Assembly: GCA_043228905.1 (NCBI GenBank)
Contig: JBHGNT010000008.1
Location: forward strand, 16,120,001 to 16,184,000
Source: Azolla caroliniana
Taxonomy: Eukaryota > Plantae > Polypodiophyta
DNA length: 64,000 nucleotides
Direction: 5' to 3'
The notes beneath the pieces are model-generated. The model saw only the letters and a program-made list of their open reading frames with translations, had not been told where the DNA came from and made no database searches. Below are positions 33,922 through 44,325 of the stretch, in pieces (position 1 is the stretch's first letter; every line of letters begins with the position of its first letter). The translations under genes were made by a program, and so were the position numbers.

Positions 33922-35313
33922 ATGGAGGCTCAACAAGCTAACAATATGATGGCGATGTTCGAACGGATGCTTCAAGAACAACGCACGATGTCGGAGATTT
34001 CGGCATCAGTAGAGCGGCTCGTGCAACGGAACGGGCAATTTAATGGTAAGGATGTGTCGCGATATTTGCAGGACTACAAGGCGGAGATGCTCCGGTGCCG
34101 GGCTTCGGAAGGACTGCAAGTGACATCCTTTAACCGGGTGGCGACCGACGGGCTTCAAGGGATTATCCACGGGTTGCAACAACAAAATCCGACGTGGGAA
34201 GCATTCGAAGAGGCGTTAAAGACCACGTTTGCCATCGAGGACTTCTCCAAGGCAACGCGGAGGGGATTCGAGGATTGGGTGGAAACGTCAGGTAAGGGGC
34301 TGAAGGTCCTCGAAGTGTTTTCGGCATTCGAAAGTCGGTTCGGGAGGCTGTCCGCGAGAGATCAAACTATTCTTGCACCGGACAAAGTCATCATGTTTTT
34401 GCGAGCTGTGGGCGTCCGGGAAGCTACGGGATGGGAGTGCCCTGTCGACAAGAATAGCATATACGCCCTGTGTCAATTACATGAGGTGTATGTGGACGAG
34501 AAACGACGGCGCATGGAGGATGCGGCCGGACCATCGAAGATACCGGAAAGCTGGAACTCCGGAGGTAAGGGAAAAGAAAAGGCGACTCCGGCATTCAAGC
34601 TCGCCTCGGACATAGAACAACAAACCGACTTGAAAAGAGTGTTCGAGGAAAGAATCTTGGATAGCCGGGTAGATTTTTCGCTGCGGGAACTACTCGGAAT
34701 AGCGAAGAAGGAGTTTCACGATCTTCTCGTGGATCTCGTAAAAAGGAAGAGACAAAGTACGGAGGAAAATGCTCCAAGGGTGAATGCAAATACCGTTTCA
34801 ATGAACGACACCGAAGTGGAAGGCGAAATTCCGAACTCCCACTATACAAGGCCACACTGGGCACGTGCGACTACGGAGACTCCGGTCCGAATCGGCAACA
34901 TCAAAGAACCCGTGCTAGCATTGATTGATCACGGATCGGAGATCAACTTGATGTCCAAGGAGTTCTACCGAAAGGGGAAGTGGCCTATAAACACCAACCA
35001 TGGATGGAAGATTCGGGCAGCCACGAAAACGACAGAAGACCTATTTGCGGCTTGTCCGGATGTGACGGTAAAGATCGGGGATGTCGAAATTGACCAAAAT
35101 TTCTTTGTGCAGGATGAGGTTTCACATTCTGTCATCCTCGGCCAACCCTTTATCACGGCTTCACGGATGGAGACGAAGGTGCTCGATAGTGGTGCGGCTT
35201 TTGCGCGAATTCGGAGCCAAAACGGAGGGAAATCCGTCCAATTCCTAACGGTGCCGGCAAATCACGAAAGGAACAAGAGGGAACTCTTGTCCCAAGTGAG
35301 AATGGATTTTTAA
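33922..35313 (+). CDS. Element D Gag-protease ORF
   Basis: Capsid-like N-terminus; protease ALIDHGSEINLM...VILGQPF; no CCHC knuckle visible. Confidence 0.85.
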   Translation: MEAQQANNMMAMFERMLQEQRTMSEISASVERLVQRNGQFNGKDVSRYLQDYKAEMLRCRASEGLQVTSFNRVATDGLQGIIHGLQQQNPTWEAFEEALKTTFAIEDFSKATRRGFEDWVETSGKGLKVLEVFSAFESRFGRLSARDQTILAPDKVIMFLRAVGVREATGWECPVDKNSIYALCQLHEVYVDEKRRRMEDAAGPSKIPESWNSGGKGKEKATPAFKLASDIEQQTDLKRVFEERILDSRVDFSLRELLGIAKKEFHDLLVDLVKRKRQSTEENAPRVNANTVSMNDTEVEGEIPNSHYTRPHWARATTETPVRIGNIKEPVLALIDHGSEINLMSKEFYRKGKWPINTNHGWKIRAATKTTEDLFAACPDVTVKIGDVEIDQNFFVQDEVSHSVILGQPFITASRMETKVLDSGAAFARIRSQNGGKSVQFLTVPANHERNKRELLSQVRMDF

Positions 35314-35367
35314 AGCGGACTGTTGCGGAGTGGGGAAGTGATAGTCCGAGAAGCCCTGATACCCCAC
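35304..35367 (+). promoter_or_regulatory. -1 ribosomal frameshift signal: G_GAT_TTT plus H-type pseudoknot
   Basis: Stem 1 CGGACTGTT (35316-24) / GATAGTCCG (35340-48); stem 2 GTGGGG (35330-35) / CCCCAC (35362-67). Confidence 0.75.
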
Positions 35368-38300
35368 ACAGGAAGAAAACTCTCGGAGCAAAACAAGTAC
35401 GAATCGGCCCGGATGGGGCATCTACGTACACGGCCGTAACCGGAGGAATGAAGAAACAATACCGACAAGTGGAGGATAAGTTACGGTCGGCATCAATAAT
35501 AAAAGAAGACGAAGAAATCGTGGGAGTGATCGAGGAAGTGTTCTATGGGAATACACTACAACGGCTTGAAGAGCTTGCGGAAGATAAAAGCCAAGGGAAC
35601 CGGGTAGTCCCGGTGGAATCGGTCGAGATGTACGAGATCATTGCGAAAATGGAGCCGGATACGCTCCGCAAAGAAGAAGCAATGGTAAGTACGAAATACA
35701 AGACCGTGGAGAAAAAGGTGAAACCGGCCGCGGGACCATTACCCGCTGATAGCGAACAAAAGAGGAAAGAAGTCTCGAGAGATCCGACACTTCGGAAGAC
35801 CGTGGATATCGGACATGCCTTCACAGATGAGACCCGGAAGAAACTTCGGATCGGTGGAGGTGGGTTCCTCTTACAAGAAGAAGAAAAACGGTTTCGAGAG
35901 ATGTTGGAGCAACATGGCAAAGCATTCGCGTTCACATCGAGGGAGATCGGGTGCATTGATCCAAAGATAGTGGAGCCGATGGTGATCTTCACGATTGATC
36001 ATGTACCGTGGAACCTGAAGCCGATTCCGGTGCCACGGGCGCATATTCCGAAAGTCATCGACTTGCTCAAGGAGAAGGTGGCGATGGGGATTCTAGAGCC
36101 ATCAAGTGCTCCGTACTCAAATCGATGGTTTACGGTTCCGAAGAAGAATGGGTCACTCCGATTCATCCAAGACTTGCAACCGGTGAACAAGGTCACGATC
36201 CGGAACTCGGGAGTCGGTCCGATAGTGGACGAATTCGCGGAAGCTTTTGCCGGACGTGCGATATACTCCATCGGGGACCTATACTCGGGGTATGACCAAT
36301 TCCAACTAGCCGTGGAGAGCCGAGACATCACTACCATGCGGACACCGATAGGACTAGTTCGAATGTGCACACTACCACAAGGAGCGACAAACTCGGTTGC
36401 ACATATGATGAACGCGATGAACAAGGTGCTTCGAGATTGCATCCCGGAGATAACGATGCCGTTTCTAGATGACATTCCGATGAAAGGATGCGCGGTGGAA
36501 GAAAAAGATGAGACTATGGATGATCGGGGATGCCGAAAGTTCGTGGTCGACCATATTCATGATTGCGAGAAAGTGTTGCGAAAGCTAGAAGATGTGCACC
36601 TAACACTTTCCGGGGAGAAATCGGCATTCGGGCAAGAAGAAATATTGGTGGTCGGACATCTATGTGGACCCTACGGCCGAAGACCGTCACCAACAAAGAT
36701 CGATGCGATTCAAGCTATGAAGGAAGTATGTGAGTCAACATCGGAAGTCCGAAGGTTTCTAGGTGCGTGTGCATTCTATCACATATGGATTCCACACTAT
36801 GCACATATAGCGGACCCGCTCTATCACTTGTTGCGGAAAGGTAAGAAATTCGAGTGGAAACCGGAACACACTAAAGCCATGAGGAAGCTCAAGAAGACAC
36901 TATGGAGGGCGGAATCACTTAAGAAGCCAAGCTACGAGCGGCCAATCATAGTAACGGTTGATACAAGTCCAACCGGTATCGGGTGGGTCATCAATCAAGC
37001 CGACTCGGATGGTTCGCGGTATCCGATCCGATTTGGAGCAAAGGTCCTCAACGAAAGGCAACGCGGATATGCACAAATCAAAAGAGAATTGTGGGGAGTC
37101 GTGTCGGCGATAAAATCGGATCGGGATTATTTGATCGGAGCTGAAGTGGTGATCGAGACGGATTGTCTTCCGATACTCGGGATGATGCGGTGTTGTACGA
37201 TACCGGATGTGGCTATGCTAAGGTGGATTGCATATGTCAAGTCACTTAATCCGGAGGTTCGACACATCTCGGGGAAGGACAACGCGGTAGCGGACATGTT
37301 ATCGAGGGCGCGGTTTGAAGACGACATAACCGAATCAGATAATGAAGAAGTTTCCGAAGACTACTTCACGTCAGAACACATATGCCGAGTGAACGTGATC
37401 CGAGAATTCCGGGAAGAAGAATACGAGGGGGAAACCTTGATGATCGGGAAGATGCTACAAGAGGTCGAGGATTCAACCAATGATAAAGAAAGGAGAGCCG
37501 AGATCCGAAGGAAGAAGAGGCAAGTCCAAAAGTTCTTCTTGGAAAACGGTTTAATATGGAGGACGACGAAAAGACCGGATGGGATACCACTTCGAGTAGT
37601 CGGGACAAAAGAGCAACGAAACCGGATAATCTCCGAGTTCCACGAATCCGATTGGGCTGGACATCGAGGAACGTGGGCAACTTTTGTGAAAATCAAGCAA
37701 AGATATTGGTGGAAGAACATGTATAAAGATGTCGCGGAGTTCACAGAAAGCTGCGAGAAATGTCAAGTCTACTCCGGGGTCCGACACCGAGATGAGCTGC
37801 ATCCGACATTCTCACCGACAATCAACTTCAAGTGGATGGTCGACATTGTAGCTATGCCGACCGGGATTGGACAAAAGAAATACTTGGTGTTAGCTCGAGA
37901 AGATCTCACAAACCAAGTTGAAGGTCGAGCGCTTCGGAGGAAAACGTGTGCCGCGGTGTGCCAATTTCTTTTGGAAGAAGTGTTTTGTAGGTACGGCTGC
38001 GTAGGACAAGTGATTGCGGACCGGGGAGAACTCGACTCGGACAAAGCTAGGGGATTCTTCGCCAAACATGGAGTTCGATTAACGTTGACAACGGCCTACA
38101 ATCCGGAGGCCAACGGGAAGATCGAACGAGGACATAGTCCGATCGTGAAAGCACTTGCGAAGGCATGCGACGGAAGGGTGAAGGATTGGCCACAAATACT
38201 TCCGTATGCACTATGGGCGGATCGGACGACGCATAGCTCCGTGACCGGTTACATGCCGGCAGAACTCATGACCGGACAAGCACCGGTAATGCCAACGGAA

Positions 38301-38915
38301 ACCGCAATCGCGACATGGACAATACTACCGTGGAAGGAAGAGATGAGCCGGGAAGAACTACTAGCGGTCCGGATACGACAACTGGAGGGAAGACCGAAAG
38401 ATGTAGCGGAAGCGTCACGCCGACAACAAGAAGCACGGTTCCGGAACAAAAGCCGGTTCGACACAAAGCACCGACTACGACCGAGGAGGATTGAAGAAGG
38501 AGATTGGGTGATCGTCTATGATAGTAGCTTGGACCATCAACATACAACGATGCGGAAATTCGCGAAAAGGTGGTTCGGGCCGTACGAGGTTCGGAAGGTC
38601 TTCGACAACGGGACGTACCAACTGTCCGAGTTGGATGGAACAATACGACGAGTGCCTATAGCCGGGAAGCGGGTGAAGATTTTCAAGAAGCGGACCGACG
38701 ACAAACCTTATGTGATCCAAGTCGAGGCCGACAACGAGGAGCAATCGGACGAAGACCACAATGATGCGGGAAGCGAAGAAAGTGGATTACAACTCATAGT
38801 CGACATAAGGGGAGAATCGGAGGAAGCTTCGGATGAAGACGGATACGAAGAATCAAGAACTTCGGCACATACCGGAGGATGTGCGGGTTTGGAGGGGGCG
38901 AGTGTCGTAGTGTAG
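35304..38915 (+). CDS. Element D RT-RNase H-integrase ORF, in the -1 frame and intact
   Basis: LPQGATNS and PFLDD (RT); VDTSPTGIGW and NAVADMLSR (RH); HHCC, WMVDIV, IADRGE, NGKIERGH and GPY module (INT). Open from the slippery site to 38915; first ATG at 35448. Confidence 0.92.
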   Translation, partial: GFLKRTVAEWGSDSPRSPDTPHRKKTLGAKQVRIGPDGASTYTAVTGGMKKQYRQVEDKLRSASIIKEDEEIVGVIEEVFYGNTLQRLEELAEDKSQGNRVVPVESVEMYEIIAKMEPDTLRKEEAMVSTKYKTVEKKVKPAAGPLPADSEQKRKEVSRDPTLRKTVDIGHAFTDETRKKLRIGGGGFLLQEEEKRFREMLEQHGKAFAFTSREIGCIDPKIVEPMVIFTIDHVPWNLKPIPVPRAHIPKVIDLLKEKVAMGILEPSSAPYSNRWFTVPKKNGSLRFIQDLQPVNKVTIRNSGVGPIVDEFAEAFAGRAIYSIGDLYSGYDQFQLAVESRDITTMRTPIGLVRMCTLPQGATNSVAHMMNAMNKVLRDCIPEITMPFLDDIPMKGCAVEEKDETMDDRGCRKFVVDHIHDCEKVLRKLEDVHLTLSGEKSAFGQEEILVVGHLCGPYGRRPSPTKIDAIQAMKEVCESTSEVRRFLGACAFYHIWIPHYAHIADPLYHLLRKGKKFEWKPEHTKAMRKLKKTLWRAESLKKPSYERPIIVTVDTSPTGIGWVINQADSDGSRYPIRFGAKVLNERQRGYAQIKRELWGVVSAIKSDRDYLIGAEVVIETDCLPILGMMRCCTIPDVAMLRWIAYVKSLNPEVRHISGKDNAVADMLSRARFEDDITESDNEEVSEDYFTSEHICRVNVIREFREEEYEGETLMIGKMLQEVEDSTNDKERRAEIRRKKRQVQKFFLENGLIWRTTKRPDGIPLRVVGTKEQRNRIISEFHESDWAGHRGTWATFVKIKQRYWWKNMYKDVAEFTESCEKCQVYSGVRHRDELHPTFSPTINFKWMVDIVAMPTGIGQKKYLVLAREDLTNQVEGRALRRKTCAAVCQFLLEEVFCRYGCVGQVIADRGELDSDKARGFFAKHGVRLTLTTAYNPEANGKIERGHSPIVKALAKACDGRVKDWPQILPYALWADRTTHSSVTGYMPAELMTGQAPVMPTETAIATWTILPWKEEMSREELLAVRIRQLEGRPKDVAEASRRQQEARFRNKSRFDTKHRLRPRRIEEGDWVIVYDSSLDHQHTTMRKFAKRWFGPYEVRKVFDNGTYQLSELDGTIRRVPIAGKRVKIFKKRTDDKPYVIQVEADNEEQSDEDHNDAGSEESGLQLIVDIRGESEEASDEDGYEESRTSAHTGGCAGLEGASVVV

Positions 38916-39778
38916 GTTGCACACTATGTGGAAATTATATTTTTGTCCCTCTGGATAGAAAATGGAGTGCTCGGTGAGAAACGGAAGAAAACGGCATACC
39001 GGCAAGGAGGAAAACGGCATACCGGCAAGGAGGAAAACGGCATACCGGCAGGGAGGAAAACCGGCATACCGGCAAGGAGGAAAACGGCATACCGGCAAGG
39101 AAGAAAACGGCATACCGGCAAGGAAGAGCCGGATAAAGAGACATAAATGTAAAAAGAAAGGAAATACTCACTACTGCGCAGGGCATGATTCGAACTCTGC
39201 ACCTTCACGTTGGCAAACCCCAACCTTACCATTACATTAACTTATCTTAAGTGTTTTAAATATAGATTTAATACGTATAAGACCTTTTATTTATGCATAC
39301 CTTTATTAAAAGGTAAATCGTGTATTTCTTTTAATATATGAAAAAGAAAAACGCGAGACACTAAAAATAACTCATGCACATCTAGCGTGCATGAGCCCTA
39401 TACTTAGGAAAAAAAAAAAAGCAACACATGCACATTTAGTGTGCATGAACATATGAGAAAAAGCATGTAGCTACGCTTAGTCTCTCCCATCACTATATAA
39501 GGATGGGGAGCACATTGTAGTGGTTGTTGATTTTTTTGGATTAAGAATTAATCAATACAAAAATTATTCGTGGGATTCACGATTTATACATCTACTTCTC
39601 TCTTAACACCCTAAGTACCAATTAATATAGTATACTCGTGTGATTCACGAGTTTCTTATCTTTCTCTTTGCTATTTACTCATAATTAATCTCTATCTCAC
39701 GAACTTCTTTCTCCTAGTCCAAGACCTCTGTGGTTCCCACCCGACTCACGCAACGATCCGGAGCCGAAAGGCACGACA

Positions 39779-41101
39779 ACGCCAAGGTGATCGTCGAGCC
39801 TCCCATACGCTGCAGATTTCCGCCTACTCGCCGCCGATATCCCTTGGGATGATCAAGCATTGATGGAACAATTTCGTTATGGTCTACGCAACGATGTCAA
39901 GGATTTATTCTTGACCTTCCACGAAGAACCAAAGTCATTAACAGAAGCAATTAGTCGCGCGGTGAGTTGCGACAACCGCCTTTTCAAACAACGTTTGGAA
40001 TAGCAATTCCAGATGCCGAGGGCAAGATCAGAGCCCACCTACACCTCAGTGGTAGCGAAACCTTTTCCGATGGAGTCATATAATGTGTTTCCATTGAATA
40101 CTCCGACTTCGATGGAGATTGACACTACACATTGTCATGGACCATTATCGGAAGTAGAAAAGTAGCGACGTTGAGCACAGCGACTATGTCTTTATTGCGG
40201 TGGACCAGGGCATATTGAAGTAAATTGTCCCCATAGGCCAAGAAGACAAGTAAACCAAATAGTTGCTAGTTCTAATTGTACTAAACCCGAGTCTATTTCA
40301 GTAGGAATATATGATAGTCCTAATAGTACTAATAGCCCAAATCTAGCGAACAAATTTGATGTCCTTAGTGAGTTCGAAGAAGAGTTAAACGACTAAGTCC
40401 AGCCAAAATACGAGCCGTTTGGTTGGACAGCCCTAGATCTGTGCAGCCCATTACTGGTTCCATTCCCTCTAAGCAAGTTAGCAACGTGTTCGTAGCCCAA
40501 GTAACAGTTAGTACTAAAAGTACCCCTCCAGTACATGTCTTAGCACTTCTAGATTCCAGAGCTAATTCTTGCTTCATGGATAGGAATTTTGCCCAAGCTC
40601 ATCAGATATCTCTCAGAAAACTCGTGTCTCCAGCCTCTGTAGTAGTCATTGATGGTCGTCCCATTGCTTCCGAAAATATCATAGAAGAGTCAGAGCCCGT
40701 TAATATTGTCCTAGATAATCTAGCGTGTGTAGTATCATTTAATATAATTAGTATCCCAGAACATCCCATTGTTTTAGGATTACCATGGTTCGAATTACAT
40801 AACCCAGACATAGATTAGAGAACAAGAGAAATCCGGTATCGACAAGCCCGAGGATCTACTCATAAGATTGCAACCATTTCGCTACATCAGTTGCGGGAAG
40901 AAGGACGCAAGGTATAAATGTTTCTCTTCACAATATTAGTAATACCCTCTGACACCTCTAAAGAGGAGTCCATCGTTCAACTTCCAAAGAAGTATCATCA
41001 TTATGCCGATGTGTTCGATAAAGTACAAGCCAATACGCTTCCTCACCATCGACCGTATGATTGCCCCATCGATTTACAACTGGGAAAAGAGCCACCATGG
41101 G
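39779..41101 (+). pseudogene. Element C gag C-terminus, protease and start of RT
   Basis: Zinc knuckle CLYCGGPGHIEVNC; protease ALLDSRANSCF...IVLGLPWF; pre-RT LPHHRPYDCPIDL...EPPW, cut by E at 41102. Confidence 0.85.
40384..40428 (+). promoter_or_regulatory. -1 frameshift signal at the gag/pol junction of C
   Basis: G_TTA_AAC, 6-nt spacer, 11-bp stem GTCCAGCCAAA/TTTGGTTGGAC. The protease ORF is in the -1 frame. Confidence 0.65.
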
Positions 41102-43228
41102 TGTTATGTACACATAATGTTGGTGAGGGTACGTCACCAATATTTACATTAGTGAAGGGTATGTTCACTAATGTTAAAAAAGGGACTAATGATTGGATAG
41201 AAGGAATGATAGGTGCATGCACTGATTTGGACAACCAATGAATGGAGAGCCTTTTAGAAAGGCACATCTATTCAAGGGGCCTACGAAAAGGTATAAATAT
41301 GAGTTTTAGCTACCCTCATAATCACATTACATCGGAAGACTGCTATCTTAGACACTGGTGGTGCGAGCTAGGCTTTCGTCTCAACGATCGTGTTTATCTC
41401 TTCCAAGGTATTAGTCATCCTAATATCCGGCGGTATGGGACATCGGTGGTAGGTTGGCTATGTCTAGATCATAGCTCGGGGGTGGTCGAGTGGAACAGGT
41501 TCTTCGATCCATTCTATTTTGCTTCTTTTACTTTAGTTTGGTCTATTGATTAGTAATAGACTCTTAACAGTGGTATCAGAGCATTTACTAACAATTTTTT
41601 TGTTGTTTTGATGTTTTTTTGCGTGTGAGCGATGGAGATCTAACAAGGCTCGTCATGCTCTTCACAGGATCAAAACAACATTCTTAACCTGGTATTATTT
41701 TTTCTCGATCTCTCTTTTCTTTTCTATGATGCTTTCTTCTTGGTCATATGGAAGTGGTATTACATTTTCTTTTCTTTTCTTTCTTCTTTCTACCATCATA
41801 CGATGTTAATCTACTTATACATCGGGTCGGCCGTGTTTGCACTAATCGCACACGCTCAACTCATGGCCCTTTTGCATATTGCGATGTATCTCCCACTCTC
41901 CCCTCTCTTGAACCATCTCTTACGATAATAATTATTCTTTTGCGCCGGGTCGAGCGTGTTTGCCCTAATCGCACACGCTCACCTCATGGCCCTTTTGCAT
42001 ATGATATTGAGTATGCCACTCTTCCCTTTATTGAGCCATCACTTGGCTGATTCTATGGGATGTTGTGGTCTTGACGAGGTGTATGTTGCCTACCTATGCC
42101 ACTCTACTCTCTATTGAGCCATCACTTGGCCGATTCTATGGGATGTTGTGGCCTTAATGAGGTATATGCGACTTTACTCTTTATTGGGCCATTAATTGCC
42201 CGATTCTAGGGAGATGTGGTGGTTTTGAGGAGGCGCATGTCGACTACCTTGGGGTTTCTTACCTTAAGGCATGCTTAATGATTCATACACCTAATTTCTT
42301 ATTATTCTAATTAATTTCTAATTACACAAATTTTCGTTTCACTTTTTTATGTCATTTACCCACCCACAATTAACTCTCTTTCTTGCCGTTATTTTAAGTT
42401 CATCTACACTATTTACGTACGTTTAATGGTGTAACAATTCATGTAGACTATTTTTTAATATTGAGTGGGCATCATGTCGTTTTTCGAACGATTTTTTCCA
42501 ACGGCTCATCTAGGTTTCACTCATATTATCGAGCCTTAGAACTCGAGTAAAACCACATGAGTTCCCCTATTGATGTTTTACTCATAGATTTGAGTTCTAC
42601 ATCTTTGCGCACAACATCACTGCCACTTGTATCAATTTGTGGCTTATGTCACAATTGTGCAAATTACAACCACCATATTGGGATGTATATGTGCATACCT
42701 CACACCATCCATTTATTTGTGACATTATTTTTAGTAGGTAACACATGGGTTTTTTGACCCTTGTTTTCGTCACTGCTTGATTCTTATGGGTAGTGCCTTA
42801 TTTTATCGTTTTTGTCATAACATTTGCTTGTTACTTGCAAGACTAGTATATTACTTGCGAGTGCACTTGTTTTTTCACGTAATACACTTTCTCGACCATA
42901 TCAATACATGTTGGGTTGACATTCTAATATAAGGCTAACTAGGAAACTACGTTGATGTTAGAACCATGGTTGAGCCTCGGGGAGCCACCATGATTATTCA
43001 AGATAGAGATCCGAGAAAGACATATTAGCTATGTTTTCCCCCATGGTTTTTAAAACACCATAGTGTTACCATACCTATCGAGTCTCGAATCACATCTCAT
43101 ATATCTAGAGGGGTAAAGACGTGAGATGCTTTCTTGGTAAAGTTCTTACAATCAAAATTTCAAGCATTCATTTTGCTTGTGTATTTTCTAAACCTCCTTA
43201 TTTATATTGTATACCCATAGCTTGCATC

Positions 43229-44325
43229 ATGGAACAAGTTTTGAACGTTGTTGGAGCAATCTCTCTGACCGAGAACTCTCAACTCCAATCCGCATCTCGC
43301 ACACAAGCTGAGATCACTATTGAGCAATTGCTCACTACTACCTTGAATCAATTGGCTGAAATGAGGCAAACCAATATGGCATTGGAAAAGAAATTCCAAG
43401 AATTGACTATTGAGTCCAAGAAAGAAGGTGAGCCTTCTTTCGTAGTAACGTCATTCAAGGGAGATCAGAAAGAAAGAACTGAGGAGGCCATTAGCACTTG
43501 GCTTGGTCGTTGGGGGTCTCACTTTGAGCTCCACCCCAAGCCCAATGCTGTAAAAATTGGTTACGTCGGTCGTGAGTTAGGTGGCTTTGCTACTTGGTAG
43601 CACGGCCTAAGTACTGCAAAGAACTTACCCACAACTTGGGAAGGTTTCATTGATGTTTTTAAGAAACAGTTTTTGTAGCCACCTTCTCCAACTAAACAAG
43701 CACAACACTTGCTTACGTTGTCGAGTAAGCCATTTACCTCTCCCAAGGATTATGTGCATCATGCTCAGACCCAGATCCAAAAATCGAGACTTACGAGTGA
43801 GAAATGGTTTGTTGCTTGCTTTTTGAATGGTATTCCTAATGGGGATTACAATTGGATTGTCCATGAAAAGGACCCCACAACTTTTGAGGAAGCCATCAAC
43901 ATTGTACTTCAGTACCATAGGACTTCCAAGAAAGACCACAATAAACCTGAGTTCGCCAAAACTCCAAATGTCAAGTTCATTGGGAAACATAAGCAATCCA
44001 ATGACACTCTTGACCACGACTCCAAGAAACCTAACCTCTTCTGTGCATATTGCAAGAAGCGGCGCCACACAAAGGATACATGTATGTCGTCGTCTTGAGA
44101 GGAAGTCAATGAACACCCCTCCTCAAGAAAAATCTATGAGTCACACATGTGAGTCTTTTGATGTTATTGAAGTTCATGTGAATGCACTTTTCCTTCACAT
44201 TTACTTGGACCTAATGATTTACTCCGAGCAGTCGGGTATATCAATGGAACACAAGCACATTTCTTGTTTGATTCTGGTAGTTCTCACAATTTTCTTAATG
44301 ATCAGTTTGTGTAACAAATGGAACT
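43229..44325 (+). pseudogene. Element E gag and protease start
   Basis: CAYCKKRRHTKDTC knuckle; LFDSGSSHNF near 44265; several stops. Confidence 0.8.

Larger units (their letters stand above)
33007..39778 (+). mobile_element. Ty3/gypsy non-chromovirus element D (Phygy-like by recollection), very young, inserted in C gag
   Basis: 876-bp LTRs at 33007-33882 and 38903-39778 with no differences seen, including an A12 run. 4-bp TSD ACGC. PBS-Trp at 33888-33905. PPT GGAGGGGGCGAG. Confidence 0.95.
5059..41101 (+). mobile_element. Ty3/gypsy chromovirus C (Tf1/Sushi/Tcn1-like), split by insertions B, D and E; 3' part not in window
   Basis: Putative 5' LTR 5059-5475 (TGTCA...TAACA, TATAAAAG at 5243); its left boundary is inferred. 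Gag reading frame is restored across B and D when the TSDs are collapsed. Confidence 0.8.

Noticed and set aside
5062-39246. Calling the LTR cassettes functional tRNA genes
   Set aside because: Acceptor, D and anticodon stems do not pair properly; only the promoter boxes and spacing are retained.
41478-41512. A-box/B-box-like motif in the E LTR (TGGTCGAGTGG...TTCGATCC)
   Set aside because: The boxes are only about 10 nt apart and on the sense strand, incompatible with tRNA-type spacing.
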